Positions 10,625-21,836 are shown, counted from the stretch's first letter. The stretch is DNA of 64,000 nucleotides from an uncultured Natronomonas sp. (GCA_964579035.1 CAZOFL010000001.1:26212-90211); one strand, 5' to 3'. The notes: generated by a model not told the origin, from the sequence alone. Program-made: numbers and translations.

Positions 10625-11064
10625 TGTCGATCTACGCCGTCAAGACGACCGCCAGCCAGGAGCGTACCGTCGCCGACATGCTCATCACCCGCGAGGAACC
10701 GGGAATCCACGCCGCGCTTGCGCCGGACTCGCTCACGAGTTACGTGATGGTCGAGGCCGATGGGACGGCCGAGATCAGCCGGGCACTCGAGGACATCCCC
10801 CACGCCCGCAGCCTCGTCTCCGAGCGTCCCTCACCGTTCAGCGAGGTCGAACACTTCCTCAGCCCGAAACCCGACGTCGAGGGGATCGCCGAAGGTGACA
10901 TCGTCGAGTTGATCGCCGGGCCGTTCAAAGGCGAGAAGGCACAGGTCCAGCGGATCGACGAGGGCAAAGACCAGGTCACTGTCGAACTGTACGAGGCGAC
11001 CGTTCCGATTCCAGTAACCGTCCGGGGCGACCAGATCCGCGTACTCGATAGCGAAGAACGCTGA
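10624..11064 (+). CDS. spt5: Transcription elongation factor Spt5 (NusG family)
   Basis: [18 protein letters not shown] domain and KOW motif [16 protein letters not shown]. Confidence 0.96.
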   Translation: MSIYAVKTTASQERTVADMLITREEPGIHAALAPDSLTSYVMVEADGTAEISRALEDIPHARSLVSERPSPFSEVEHFLSPKPDVEGIAEGDIVELIAGPFKGEKAQVQRIDEGKDQVTVELYEATVPIPVTVRGDQIRVLDSEER

Positions 11065-11082
11065 CGCCGCCCGTGGCCGCGC

Positions 11083-11391
11083 TCACGCCTCCGAGGCGGC
11101 TTCGCGTTCGCCGTCGAGTCGGCCGACGACGGCCTCGACGTCGGCGACCGCTTCGACCTCCTTCATCGCCGCCTCGCGCAGCCGGATGTCGTCGGTTTCG
11201 GCCTCGTAGTTGCGGAGATACTCCGCCCGCGAGTGCTCCGAAAAGGCGTGTCGGATCGCGAAGTACCCGTCCGGGACGGTCGTCCCGCAGACGGCACATC
11301 GGTGGCGTTCGTGGCCGGTCGCTTGGTGGACGAGCAGTTCCTCGGCGTCCTCGGTCGCGTAGCCGCAGCCGCCGATCGCACACTCCCACAT
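11083..11391 (-). CDS. Small zinc-finger protein with two C2H2-like motifs
   Basis: WECAIGGCG...HQATGH and CAVCG...HAFSEH; acidic C-terminus. Confidence 0.8.
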   Translation of the reverse strand: MWECAIGGCGYATEDAEELLVHQATGHERHRCAVCGTTVPDGYFAIRHAFSEHSRAEYLRNYEAETDDIRLREAAMKEVEAVADVEAVVGRLDGEREAASEA

Positions 11392-11472
11392 ACGCGGGTC
11401 GTCGTCGTCCGTATATAAAACCCTTCGCGAGGAATCGCAACGGATAACGCCCGGGCGGGCGGTAACGCCGAT

Positions 11473-12246
11473 ATGGACCGGTTTCGCCTGGATGCGCACG
11501 TGAAAGTTCTCGATGGGGGCGTGGTCGAACGGGCGAAAGCGAGGGGGCTTGACGGCCTCGTCTACGCGCCACATTTCACCCGCCTTCCCGATATCCGAGC
11601 GCGTGCAAAGCGGTTCGCCGACGAGGATCTGCTGATCGTTCCTGGCCGTGAGGTGTTCACGGGGGATTGGCGGAACCGAAAACACGTCCTGTCGGTCGGG
11701 CTCTCCGATCCGGTGCCGGATTTCATCACGCTGGAGGCGGCGCTGGCCGAATTCGATCGCCAGGGTGCGGCCGTCCTCGCGCCGCATCCGGAGTTCGCAA
11801 CCGTCAGCCTCGAGTCGCACGACCTCCGTGCCCACCGCGATCGGATCCACGGGATCGAGGTGTACAACCCGAAATACCTCCGGACGCACGCCGAACGCGC
11901 CCGCGAACTCGCCGCGGAGTTCGACCTTCCGGCGTTCGGCTCCTCGTACGCGCACCTCCGGGGTACTGTCGGCGAGGTCTGGACCGAGTTCGACCGCCGC
12001 TTCGAGACGAACGCCGACGTCGTTGCGGCCCTGCGGGACGGCGAGCCGAGGTCGGTGTATCACCACCGTGGCCTCGGACACCGGTTGCGGTGCGTCGCCG
12101 AGTTCGGACATCTATCCTACGAGAACACCTGGGGAAAACTGGACCGGCTCTTCCTGTCGGGAACCGAGCCGACGCATCCGGGCCACATCGCCTACGAGGG
12201 TCGCTTCGACGACGTGAGCGTCTACGGTCCCGAGACGATCGGCTAG
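11473..12246 (+). CDS. PHP-domain metal-dependent phosphoesterase
   Basis: LDAHVK, YAPHF, VPGRE, APHP, IEVYN, GSSYAH. Confidence 0.85.
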   Translation: MDRFRLDAHVKVLDGGVVERAKARGLDGLVYAPHFTRLPDIRARAKRFADEDLLIVPGREVFTGDWRNRKHVLSVGLSDPVPDFITLEAALAEFDRQGAAVLAPHPEFATVSLESHDLRAHRDRIHGIEVYNPKYLRTHAERARELAAEFDLPAFGSSYAHLRGTVGEVWTEFDRRFETNADVVAALRDGEPRSVYHHRGLGHRLRCVAEFGHLSYENTWGKLDRLFLSGTEPTHPGHIAYEGRFDDVSVYGPETIG

Positions 12247-12731
12247 AGCGGAAGCCCGGCGGCGAGAGCATCGACATCGACGTACGTCGGGAGTACGTGG
12301 ACGACGGCGGCCGCCGCGGCGAGTTCGACCGCGGTGACGACGACGGTGACGACGTTCGCGAACCGACTCGACGTCGTCACGCCCGAGGGGAAACCGTACT
12401 CCTGTCCCGAGAGCGGATAAAACAGCGCGATCCCGCGGCGGCTCCCGAGGTAGTCGAGGACGTAATGCGTCAGTATTCCGATCCAGACGTAGCTGAGGTT
12501 TTCGAACACGAGCGGGAACGCGACGAACAGCCCGAGAACCGGGAGGTTATGAAGCGTTTTGCGGTGTTTGCCGAAGGCGGTGTCGACGTCCGGGAACAGC
12601 GCGCCGAGCGTGACAGGGATCGTCACGGCGACGACGGTCCGGAGCGTTTCGGTCGTCCCGGACGGCTCGAGGATGAACCCCAGACCGATGCCCAACAGCG
12701 CGGCGTTGAGAACGTGGCCCTCCTTGTTCAT
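12243..12731 (-). CDS. Membrane-bound metal-dependent hydrolase (YdjM-like)
   Basis: [38 protein letters not shown]. Confidence 0.87.
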   Translation of the reverse strand: MNKEGHVLNAALLGIGLGFILEPSGTTETLRTVVAVTIPVTLGALFPDVDTAFGKHRKTLHNLPVLGLFVAFPLVFENLSYVWIGILTHYVLDYLGSRRGIALFYPLSGQEYGFPSGVTTSSRFANVVTVVVTAVELAAAAAVVHVLPTYVDVDALAAGLPL

Positions 12732-12796
12732 ACCGGGCGGACGCCCGCCGGAGCAAAAGGGCGTTCGTTCGCGCGACGGCGCGGCGACTCGTCCCC

Positions 12797-13288
12797 CTAC
12801 GCCGCCTCGACGGCCGAGCGGAGATCCGAGAGCGCCCGTTCCGCGATCTTCCGTTTGATTTCGGCCCGGTCGCCGTCGAAGACGTAGCGCTCGACGCGAC
12901 ACCACGTCTCGCCGCGCCCCCACTCGCCGGCGTGCGCGACGGCGATGTAGACGGTCCCGACGGGCTTCCCCTCGGAGCCGCCGCTCGGCCCCGCGATCCC
13001 GGTGGTCGCGAGCCCCCACGCGACGCCCGACACGTCGCGGACCGCCCGTGCCATCGCACGCGCGACGGGTTCGCTGACCGCCCCCGCCGAATCGAGATGC
13101 TCCCGTGGCACGCCGAGGGCGAGTTTCGCGTCGTAGCTGTAGGTGACGACCGACCGATCGAAGTAGTCGCTCGATCCGGGGATGTCGGTCAGAAGCGATC
13201 CGACGAGGCCGCCGGTACAGGACTCGGCCGCCGCGACGAACTCCGCCCGCTCGCGGAGCGACTCGCCGACGGCTTCCTCGATACGCAT
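12797..13288 (-). CDS. CinA C-terminal domain protein (PncC-like NMN deamidase)
   Basis: [55 protein letters not shown]. Confidence 0.92.
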   Translation of the reverse strand: MRIEEAVGESLRERAEFVAAAESCTGGLVGSLLTDIPGSSDYFDRSVVTYSYDAKLALGVPREHLDSAGAVSEPVARAMARAVRDVSGVAWGLATTGIAGPSGGSEGKPVGTVYIAVAHAGEWGRGETWCRVERYVFDGDRAEIKRKIAERALSDLRSAVEAA

Positions 13289-13396
13289 ACCGGTGGTGAG
13301 GGCCGCCCGGGACTTGAAACCGGCCCCTCGACCGGGCGGCTCGGCAGGATCGCCCAAAGGCCAATGACTGATATACGAGCGCGAAAAGATGGACGT

Positions 13397-13984
13397 ATGA
13401 CAGACCGGACGGCGGCGGTGACGCGGGCGACGGCGGAGACGGACATCGAGGTGACGATCGACCTCGACGGCGACGGCGACAGCACCGTCGGGACGGGCGT
13501 CGGCTTCTTCGATCACATGCTCGATTCGTTCGCGAAACACGGCCTCTTCGATCTCACCGTCCGGTGTGACGGGGATCTCGACATCGACGACCACCACACC
13601 GTCGAGGACGTCGCGATCGCGCTCGGGACGGCCTTCGAGGAGGCCCTCGGCGACAAACGGGGGATCGTCAGATACGCCGACAGACGGGTCCCGCTCGACG
13701 AGGCAGTCGCCGGCGTCGTCGTCGACGTGTCGGGACGTCCTCGGTTTTACTTCGAGGGCGCGTTCTCACAGCCGACCGTCGGGGCGTTCACCAGCGATAT
13801 GGCGAGACACTTCGCCGAATCGTTCGCCCTGAACGCTGGCGTAACGCTGCACGCCGCCGTCGAGGGTGAGAACGCCCACCACGAGACCGAGGCGCTTTTC
13901 AAGTCGTTGGCGCGGGCGCTCGACGACGCGACACGGATCGACGAGCGCCGAAGTGACACGCCGAGCACGAAAGGAACGCTCTGA
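13397..13984 (+). CDS. hisB: Imidazoleglycerol-phosphate dehydratase
   Basis: [43 protein letters not shown]. Confidence 0.97.
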   Translation: MTDRTAAVTRATAETDIEVTIDLDGDGDSTVGTGVGFFDHMLDSFAKHGLFDLTVRCDGDLDIDDHHTVEDVAIALGTAFEEALGDKRGIVRYADRRVPLDEAVAGVVVDVSGRPRFYFEGAFSQPTVGAFTSDMARHFAESFALNAGVTLHAAVEGENAHHETEALFKSLARALDDATRIDERRSDTPSTKGTL

Positions 13985-14012
13985 TCGGTGCCGCGGCCAC
14001 GAGCCGTTCGTC

Positions 14013-14234
14013 CTACTCGGCGCGTTCGCGTCCCTCGATGCCGCGGTAGACGGCCATCGCGATGAAGTACACGGAGATGAAACCGAAGAAGCCGAGACCG
14101 AGCGTGAGCACCGTCCCGGTCGTGAGATCGATCCCCGTCCGGCCGACGACGGCCGCGATCGCGATCACGAAGACGACTGCGGCGAACACCCCCGAAACGA
14201 CGTAGATTCGGGTATCACTCTCCGACAGTGTCAT
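14013..14234 (-). CDS. Small 2-TM membrane protein
   Basis: 73-aa ORF with two hydrophobic segments filling the gap. Confidence 0.6.
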   Translation of the reverse strand: MTLSESDTRIYVVSGVFAAVVFVIAIAAVVGRTGIDLTTGTVLTLGLGFFGFISVYFIAMAVYRGIEGRERAE

Positions 14235-14288
14235 ACGTTCGCCCCGTTCGGCCCGAACAAAAACACGTCGATGCCGGGGGTACGAGCG

Positions 14289-15437
14289 CTACTCGACGAC
14301 GAACTCGATCGCCGCGCCCTGTCCAAACCCGACGCACTCGGTGGCGAGGCCGCGTTCGTCGCCGCGTTTATGCATCTCGTGGATCAGCGTCACCGGCAGG
14401 CGGGCGCCCGTCGCCCCCAAGGGATGGCCGATGGCGATCGCCCCGCCGTTGACGTTGTAGCTGTCGGGATCGAAGCCGAGCTCGTCCCGGCAGTAGAGAC
14501 ACTGCGAGGCGAACGCCTCGTTTAGTTCGACCAGATCGTAATCGTCGGCGGTCGTCCCCGACCGCTCGAACAGCTCCCGGCAGGCGGGGACCGGCCCGAT
14601 TCCCATGACCTCGGGTTCGACCCCGGCGACGGCATTGTTGCCGATCTCGGCGAGTTCCTCGAGGCCGTGTTCCTCGGCGAACGCCCGCGAAGTGACGAGA
14701 AGCGCTGCGGCCCCGTCGGTCATCTGAGAGGCGTTGCCCGGAGTGACGCTCCCCTCGGATTTGAACACGGTCGGCAGTTCCGCGAGCTTTTCGGCGGTCG
14801 TGCCGGGGCGGAGCCCCTCGTCTTCCGTGACCGTGATCTCCTCGCCGTCGTCGTGGCCGACGATCGGGACGATCTCGTCGTCGAAGCGACCCTCCTCGGT
14901 CGCGGCGACGGCGCGCTGTTGGGACGTCGCGGCGTACTCGTCTTGGGCCTCCCGCGTCATGTCGTAGCGCTCGGCGACTTCCTCGGCGGTCATGCCCATC
15001 TGGAGGGCGGCGACGTTGTGGTGGTCGTTGAGCCCCGGATGGATCTCGTTGTTCGCGCCCATCGGCACCATCGACATGGATTCGACGCCGCCGGCGATGA
15101 TGCAGTCGCGCTGGCCGGCCGCGATCGCGTCGGCGGCGTTGATGACGGCCTCGGCGGAGGACGCACACCAGCGGTTGATCGTCGTCGCGGGCGTGTCCTC
15201 ACCCAACGCCGACATCAGCGCGATGACGCGGGCCATGTTGTTGCCCTGTTTGCTCCGCTGCTGTGCACAGCCCCACTTGAGGTCGTCGACGTCCTCACCG
15301 CTCAGGCCGGTCTCATCGAGGATCCGATCGATCAGCGGGATCGAGAGATCCTCCGGACGGACGTCGGCGAAGACGCCGCCATCCTTTCCGAACGGGGTTC
15401 GGTACGCTTTGACGACGACCGGGGTGGTGTCACTCAT
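14289..15437 (-). CDS. Thiolase (acetyl-CoA C-acyltransferase)
   Basis: INRWCASS catalytic Cys, [43 protein letters not shown]. Confidence 0.95.
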   Translation of the reverse strand: MSDTTPVVVKAYRTPFGKDGGVFADVRPEDLSIPLIDRILDETGLSGEDVDDLKWGCAQQRSKQGNNMARVIALMSALGEDTPATTINRWCASSAEAVINAADAIAAGQRDCIIAGGVESMSMVPMGANNEIHPGLNDHHNVAALQMGMTAEEVAERYDMTREAQDEYAATSQQRAVAATEEGRFDDEIVPIVGHDDGEEITVTEDEGLRPGTTAEKLAELPTVFKSEGSVTPGNASQMTDGAAALLVTSRAFAEEHGLEELAEIGNNAVAGVEPEVMGIGPVPACRELFERSGTTADDYDLVELNEAFASQCLYCRDELGFDPDSYNVNGGAIAIGHPLGATGARLPVTLIHEMHKRGDERGLATECVGFGQGAAIEFVVE

Positions 15438-15557
15438 ACACACCCATTGTCGGCCCACCACGTTAAACCCCTTTCTCAAACTGCCGTTGTGTGTAAAGTA
15501 TTTATTCGAAACAATGAGATTCTGTTAACCCCTCCGCGGAGATCCGCTTCCGACCCC

Positions 15558-17432
15558 TCAGGCCAAAAAGACGTGTCGCGGCCGATCGGCGAGAATCTCA
15601 CGGCCCCACTGGACCGTCTCGCGGAACGCGTCGGACCGGAAGAACTCCATCGCGGCCTCGCGGCTTCGCCACTGGCTCGAGATGAACATGTCGTTCTCGT
15701 CCGTGACGTTCGTCATGAGATCGGTCTCGATGTGGCCGTCCATCCCTTCGAGCAACTCGCCCGTCTCCTCGAACGTCCCGACGAAGTCCTCGCGGTGCTC
15801 CGGTTTGACGGTGTAAAACATCCCCATCGTTCCGAACCCGTCCTCCTCGTCGGCACCGGCGCGGGCGACGATACCGGGGAGTTCCGAGAGAAAGCCCGAC
15901 GCGGTGTCGGCGGCCGTCTCCGTCTCCCAGATCGAGACGATCGCGGCACGGTCGCCGCCGTGTTCGTTCCCGTAGACGGCGGATTTGACGTGAGTGTCGT
16001 AGTGGTCGAACCGATCGCTAAGCGAGGAGAGCTCCTCCTGTAGCGCCCGGGCGTCGGCCTCGGAGTACAGCACCAACGCGTGGACGTCCTCGCCGTGCGG
16101 CGTGCCGCCGTAGATGTCGAGATCCTCGAGTTCGTCGCGGATGTCGTTGTCCGACCCGGTGTCGTGGGCGTCGGAGTCGGCTTCCGGCTCCCCAGTGCTC
16201 CCGCTTGCAAGCGGGGCGCCGACCCCGGAACTGACGCCGTCGAGATCCGCGAGGAATCCCGAGGCGGTGTTCGCCGCGCGCTCGTTCCGCCACAGCGAGA
16301 CGACCGCCGTCTCACCTGAATCCGCACGGACGGCGGTCATGACGTGGGTGTCGTAGTGATCGAAGTTCCCCCGCAACCCCTCGACATCGCCGGCGAGATC
16401 CTCCGCGTCGGTCTCCGCGGTGAACAACAGCCCGTACCCTGCGTCGGCGTACGTTCCGAGGTCGACGCCGAAGCGCGAAACCCGCCCCTCGAACGTCCCG
16501 GCGTCGATTTCCTCGTGGTCGGGACCCGAGTCCGGCCGGCCCGAGGAGCCGTCGGTCGCGTCGTCGTCGCCCTCGTCCGTCCCGCTCCCGCGTTCGTCCG
16601 CGTTTTTCGCGTCGGGTTCGTCCGTCCCGTCGGCTTTTTCCCCATCGGCCGGGACCGCGTCGCCGGCCAACAGCGCCGGGAGCTCCTCGGGCGGGAACTG
16701 CCGACCCACGTAGAAGGGGCCGAACTCCGCGTACTTCGAAGAAGAGGGGTCGAAACGCATCTCGTACAGCAGGTGCTTGATCTCCGTCGGGTCGTCTGCG
16801 AAAAGCGTTACGCCCCACTCGTAGTCGTCGAACCCGACGCTGCCGGTGATGATCTGGTTGACCTTCCCGGCGTACTCGCGGCCGATCTCGCCGTGGGCGG
16901 ACATGTGCTCTTTGCGCTCGTCGAAGGGGAGATCATACCAGTTGTACTCCGGATCGCGGCGTTTGTCCATCGGATAAAAACAGACGTGCTCGGCGTCCGG
17001 GATCGTCGGGTAGATCCGCTGTTGCATGTAGTTTCGCATCCCCGCGTCCTCGATGTCACCGATCCCGTCGACCAGCTCCTCGTGCATGTAGCCCGAGACC
17101 TCGGTCACGGAGACGTAGGAACTCGATCGCTCGGTGAAATCGGCGAACGCCGTCGATTCGAACCGGCGCTCGGCCCGATCGAGCGCCTCGAGCGTCGGGC
17201 GGAGATGGAGGATCATGAGGTCGGCTTTGTGACCGACGACGGAGAAGACGGCCGATCCGCCCTCCTCGGCGTCCTCGAGGTCGACGTGGGATCGGAGATG
17301 CTTGACTCCCTCCTCGAGGGCCCGTTCGCGCTCGCGCTCGGTTCCAGCCCGCCATCCGTCCCAGTCGATCCGGCGGAGGTCGTGTAACGCGTACCATCCT
17401 TCCTCGGTGCCCGGCGGCTTTCGCTGCTCCAT
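15558..17432 (-). CDS. pitA: PitA-type fusion: coproheme decarboxylase/chlorite dismutase-like domain plus ABM-like domains
   Basis: PPGTEEGWYALHD, FYPMDKRR, NWYDLPFDERKEHMSAHG, GSVGFDDYEWGV, EMRFD; C-terminal MGMFYTVKPEH...QWGREILADRPRHVFL. Confidence 0.9.
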   Translation of the reverse strand: MEQRKPPGTEEGWYALHDLRRIDWDGWRAGTERERERALEEGVKHLRSHVDLEDAEEGGSAVFSVVGHKADLMILHLRPTLEALDRAERRFESTAFADFTERSSSYVSVTEVSGYMHEELVDGIGDIEDAGMRNYMQQRIYPTIPDAEHVCFYPMDKRRDPEYNWYDLPFDERKEHMSAHGEIGREYAGKVNQIITGSVGFDDYEWGVTLFADDPTEIKHLLYEMRFDPSSSKYAEFGPFYVGRQFPPEELPALLAGDAVPADGEKADGTDEPDAKNADERGSGTDEGDDDATDGSSGRPDSGPDHEEIDAGTFEGRVSRFGVDLGTYADAGYGLLFTAETDAEDLAGDVEGLRGNFDHYDTHVMTAVRADSGETAVVSLWRNERAANTASGFLADLDGVSSGVGAPLASGSTGEPEADSDAHDTGSDNDIRDELEDLDIYGGTPHGEDVHALVLYSEADARALQEELSSLSDRFDHYDTHVKSAVYGNEHGGDRAAIVSIWETETAADTASGFLSELPGIVARAGADEEDGFGTMGMFYTVKPEHREDFVGTFEETGELLEGMDGHIETDLMTNVTDENDMFISSQWRSREAAMEFFRSDAFRETVQWGREILADRPRHVFLA

Positions 17433-17805
17433 ACGCCCGCTTTCGTTCGCGTGTGTAATGTGGGTTTTGAGTCGTCGGATTCTCCCGCACGGTGGACGCG
17501 AGCATCGTCGCTCCGGAGAGGTGGGGCAGGGTCGCTTCGGATCGAGTGTCCCGCGCCCGCGACGCTCGTGGGGATGCGGGTGGCCGACCCCTCGCCACCC
17601 GGTTTATATACGAGCACGCTGTCGCCACTCACGCGGTTTCGGATACTATCCAAAAAATACAGTTTGAAATAATCCGTTAGAAATACCAGTGAAACGTCTA
17701 AAAGAACGTGAGTGTCTCGTTAACGGACTGGTAACCTGCCGCGAAGACGGCGAACGATCACGAATCGACGCGAAGGCTCTGCTGTTTATATAGGGGTGGC
17801 AATCC

Positions 17806-18081
17806 ATGACCCGGACGAGGAGACCACTGATGTCGAGCGCAACCCCGTCCCACCCCGCCCCTCCCGTGAGCGACGAGCGGAGCACCGATACCGCCTGGCT
17901 TGACCGCGCCGCCGCCGGTGTTCGCGCGACCGCCTTCTGGTCCGCAACAGCGCTTCCGCTTGTTATTTTCGCCGGGCTCGCCGTCGGATCGGCGGGCGAG
18001 TACCCGCTCGCCCTCGCGGCCGTTCTGGCGCTGAACGTCGTCTGTGCGGTCGTCGGACACGGCCACTCGCCGAACCGATAA
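17806..18081 (+). CDS. Small 2-TM hypothetical protein (start could be the ATG at 17830)
   Basis: TTTATATA just upstream; hydrophobic VRATAFWSATALP...LALNVVCAVVGH. Confidence 0.65.
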   Translation: MTRTRRPLMSSATPSHPAPPVSDERSTDTAWLDRAAAGVRATAFWSATALPLVIFAGLAVGSAGEYPLALAAVLALNVVCAVVGHGHSPNR

Positions 18082-18325
18082 CCGACGACTGCCGCCGGCC
18101 CGAACGCGGTGGTGACGTTCCAACTCCCAACGCCGAGCGGTTCGTCGGCTCCCTCCGGGTCAGGTTCGAGCGAACCGACGGTGACCTCTCCGCCATCGGT
18201 GACCGACTCGCCGACGGCTTCGGCCGCTCGCTTGGCGAACCCGAACGGTTGTTTCGGGGGCACGGCTCCGTACCTGACGGTACGGCGTTTCGACCGCCCC
18301 TCCGAGACGTCGCGTCAGACGCGTT

Positions 18326-20098
18326 TCACCCGAGAAGCCATGGGACGAACAACAGTCCGAGCAGACTCAGGATCATCGTGATGCTTATGAGGGTCGTGAT
18401 CGTCCCCACGGCGACCGAACTGGTCTCGCCCGGGAGCCGCGCCACCGTCGCTTCGACGCAGGACCTGAGGATGTGACCTCCATCGAGCGGGTACGACGGG
18501 ATGCAGTTGAATATCCCGAGGTTGATGTTGACCCATCCGGTCCAAAACAGGAGGTTCACGGCCGCGAAGACGGCTCCGGCGCCGAGCGGCCCCGATACCG
18601 AATAGAAGTTCGTTATCTCGCCGTTGAACCCCGCGAAGTTGTACCCGACGTTCGGATCGACAATGTTCATAAACGGCAACACGAGCGCGGCGAACGTCCG
18701 GCTCACGAACGTCGTTACGGGATCGTCGCCCATCCCGGTGCCGCCCAACATCGCGTGGTATCTGTCCGCCGGATACGGATCGATACCGAAGTCATCGACG
18801 ACGACGCCGCTCGTCCCCGCCTGAATGCCGCCGACGCCGAGGAAGCCGTGGTTTTCGCTGGGGTGTTCCTCGAGGGTCACCTCGTAGACGTTCCGCTCGC
18901 CGCCCCAGGGGCCGTCGTCGCCGTGGTACGCGACGACTTCGAGGGTCTCTCCCGGTTCGGTCCCGGCGAGAACCGCCGAGAGGTCGTCGTGATCGACGAG
19001 CGCCTCGCCGCCGATGCTGTGGATGACGAGCGGAGTATCGGGCGCGCCCGCCTGGCCGAGCGGTTGGTCGTCCGGGACCGTGCTGACGAACGTGCCGACC
19101 GGGAAGCGGACGGTGTCGTCCCCGTCTGCGAGTTCCAACTCGACGACTTCGGCCCCCGAAACGGCCGCTTCAAACTCGGATTCGGTGAACACGGCCTCCC
19201 CGTCGACCCGTTCGATCTCGGCCCCGGTCCCCACCGGTCCGTCGACGACGGCGCGCGTGACGGTGAGGCTTCGCTCGACGGTCACGGGGCCTCCCTCCGC
19301 TCTGTCGACGGTGACCTCGCGGTCGGCCTCGGCGAGGGCGGCGTTGAACGACGCCTCGTCGTCGACCGACTCGCCGTCGACGCCGACCAACACGTCGCCG
19401 CGATCGATTCCGGCGTCGTCGGCCGCCGAACCCGGCAACGCACCACCGACCGCGACGCCGGGAACGACGGCGATGAGGCTCGCGACGATCCCGAAAAGCA
19501 AGGCAAAACAGATCGCAGTCACGAGGAAGTTGTTCGTCACGCCCGCGGCGAACATCCGGGTTTTGCCGCCCCGGTCGACCGCCCGCTGGCTCTCCTCGTC
19601 CGGCTGGACGAACGCACCCATCGGAATGAACGCGAGCAACGCGACGCCCATCGACTCGATCTCGATGTCCTCGACGCGACACAACAGTCCGTGGCCCCCT
19701 TCGTGGACGACCAACCCGACGAGGAGGCCGACGACGATATCTATCGCGGCCTCCCACGGCAGGAACTGGTTGACCCCCGGAATGACGAGTGCATCCTGGG
19801 GCCGGACGAAGCCGGTCGCCTGCGGCTGTGAGAACGCGCTGATCGCCGAAAAGAGCACGGCGAAAAACGAGCCGACCATGATGACGAGGGCGATGCCGAC
19901 CCCGAAATTCCCCCACGCCCGCCAGAGCCGTTTCGGCGTCGCGAGCCACTCCAGAAACGCCCGCCCTCGTTTCGTGTGAATCGTCAAAATCGGCCCGGAC
20001 ACGTTGAACGACGACGGCAACGACCCACGGGATTTGAGCGCCATCGCGGCGGCCGTATAGAGGAGAATCCCGACGAGAATCCAAAGCAGCGCACTCAT
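18326..20098 (-). CDS. Site-2 protease (M50) with PDZ-like inserts
   Basis: VHEGGH (HExxH), MFAAGVTNN, FNCIPSYPLDGGH; PDZ-like repeats. Confidence 0.93.
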   Translation of the reverse strand: MSALLWILVGILLYTAAAMALKSRGSLPSSFNVSGPILTIHTKRGRAFLEWLATPKRLWRAWGNFGVGIALVIMVGSFFAVLFSAISAFSQPQATGFVRPQDALVIPGVNQFLPWEAAIDIVVGLLVGLVVHEGGHGLLCRVEDIEIESMGVALLAFIPMGAFVQPDEESQRAVDRGGKTRMFAAGVTNNFLVTAICFALLFGIVASLIAVVPGVAVGGALPGSAADDAGIDRGDVLVGVDGESVDDEASFNAALAEADREVTVDRAEGGPVTVERSLTVTRAVVDGPVGTGAEIERVDGEAVFTESEFEAAVSGAEVVELELADGDDTVRFPVGTFVSTVPDDQPLGQAGAPDTPLVIHSIGGEALVDHDDLSAVLAGTEPGETLEVVAYHGDDGPWGGERNVYEVTLEEHPSENHGFLGVGGIQAGTSGVVVDDFGIDPYPADRYHAMLGGTGMGDDPVTTFVSRTFAALVLPFMNIVDPNVGYNFAGFNGEITNFYSVSGPLGAGAVFAAVNLLFWTGWVNINLGIFNCIPSYPLDGGHILRSCVEATVARLPGETSSVAVGTITTLISITMILSLLGLLFVPWLLG

Positions 20099-20180
20099 TG
20101 TATATATGTAGGGTACCAGGTACTGAAAAGTCGTTCCGTCGGGGCGGATCGTTCCGCCGGTTTCGCGATCATCGCTCCGT

Positions 20181-21836
20181 TCACCCTCCTCGCCGGAGGC
20201 GGCGGACGACGAACGCCTCGTCCATCGCCGCGAGAAACGGCCCGAGGCGGGGCCCCTCCGACTCCTCGAGGAACAGCCGGTAGCCGGCGGTGAAAAAGTC
20301 CCCGACGGGAACGTCGTTCCGACGGGCTGTCTCGTAGATTTCCTCCTGAAGGGCCTCCGAATCGGGGGACTCGGACTCGATGAACGCCGCGAGGTCGTCG
20401 AGCGCCGCCGCGGTGTCTTCGTCGAACTCGACGTCCGGACGCGTCTCCGCGAGGCGGTAGTTGAACTCGTTGTCGGCCCGGACGGCCCACGCTCGCGCCT
20501 TCTCGACCCGTTCGAGCGCCGCGTCTATCGCGTCGTCGTCGGCGTCCTCCGGGATGTGCCCGGATCGCTGTGCCATCGTGACGCGCAACTCGCGGTCGTC
20601 GGTCATCCCGAGGACGGCGGCGAACGTGTAGGGAATCCGGATCGGTCGCGAGGCGGCAGCGGATGCGGCCATCGGATACGCGCGCTCGGCGAGTTCACGC
20701 CCGTCGGCGTCGCCGTCGCCGAAGTAGGCGCGCTCGAAGCGGTCGAACTCGTCGACGAGACGGTCGAGCCGTTCGACGTCGAAGTCCCGTTGCTTCTTCG
20801 GGTTCTTGGTGAAAAAGTACCGGAGTACCTCGACTTCGAGGAGCTCGAGGACCTCGTCGATCGTAATGAGGTTGCCGGCCGAAGAGGAGAGCGCGTCGCC
20901 GTTGAGCGTGAACCACTCGTACACCATCGGCACGGGCGGTTCGAAGCCGAACACGTCACGCGCGATTGCTTCGCCGGAGGGCCACGAGCCCTCGGCGTGG
21001 TCCTTTCCGAACGGCTCGAAGTCGACCCCGAGCGTCAGCCACTGGGCCGGCCACTCGAAGCGCCACGGGAGTTTTCCCTCCCGGAACGTCGCCGTCCCTT
21101 CGTGGCCACAGCCCTCGATAACGTCGTCGCCGGCCTCGACGTCCGCACACACGTAGTCGACGGTTTCGGCCTCGAGGTCGACCCCGGTTATCCGTTCCGT
21201 GAGGTGGCCACACGCTCCACACTGCGCAAAGAAGGGGACGTACTCGTCGTCGACTTTGTTCTGGAACTGCGAGAGCGCTTCACGCGCCGTGTCGCGGTTC
21301 GTGAGGACGCGTTCGACCGCGTCGTCGAAGCGGCCCGATTCGTAGAGGTCGGTGTTCGAGACGATCTCGATGGGCACGTCGACGGCCGCGGCCGATCGCC
21401 GCAACAACTCGGTGAAGTGTGCACCGTAGGAGTCACAACAGCCGAACGGGTCCGGGATGTCCGTGTACGGCTTGCCGAGGTTTCGGCCGAGCGCTCCCGC
21501 GTCGACGTCACCCAACCCGACGACGTTCCACTCGAGGTCGGCGAGCTTTCGGGGGAGCGTCCGGAGGCGATCCCTGTCGTCGGTCGTAAACACCTGTCTG
21601 ACCTCGTAGCCGCGCTCTCTGAGCGCTTCGGCGACGAAGTAGCCTCGCATAATCTCGTTGAAATGGCCGAGATGTGGGACGCCCGAGGGTGAGACGCCGC
21701 CCTTGACGACGATCGGCTCCGCCGAACCGTCTTCGGGGCCGCCCGCCGAGGCGATCCGTGACTCGACCTCGTCCGCGACCGAGTCGGCCCAGAAGGCGCG
21801 GCGTTCGCCCGATTCGATTTCGTAGGGCTCACTCAT
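20181..21836 (-). CDS. lysS: Lysine--tRNA ligase, class I
   Basis: GVSPSGVPHLGH, PYTDIPDP, KLPWRFEWPAQW, FEPFGKDH, LSSSAGN, GPRLGPFL. Confidence 0.97.
   Translation of the reverse strand: MSEPYEIESGERRAFWADSVADEVESRIASAGGPEDGSAEPIVVKGGVSPSGVPHLGHFNEIMRGYFVAEALRERGYEVRQVFTTDDRDRLRTLPRKLADLEWNVVGLGDVDAGALGRNLGKPYTDIPDPFGCCDSYGAHFTELLRRSAAAVDVPIEIVSNTDLYESGRFDDAVERVLTNRDTAREALSQFQNKVDDEYVPFFAQCGACGHLTERITGVDLEAETVDYVCADVEAGDDVIEGCGHEGTATFREGKLPWRFEWPAQWLTLGVDFEPFGKDHAEGSWPSGEAIARDVFGFEPPVPMVYEWFTLNGDALSSSAGNLITIDEVLELLEVEVLRYFFTKNPKKQRDFDVERLDRLVDEFDRFERAYFGDGDADGRELAERAYPMAASAAASRPIRIPYTFAAVLGMTDDRELRVTMAQRSGHIPEDADDDAIDAALERVEKARAWAVRADNEFNYRLAETRPDVEFDEDTAAALDDLAAFIESESPDSEALQEEIYETARRNDVPVGDFFTAGYRLFLEESEGPRLGPFLAAMDEAFVVRRLRRGG

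Noticed and set aside
7740-11064. dtdA-ftsZ1-secE-spt5 cluster as novel
   Set aside because: Well-known conserved archaeal gene order.
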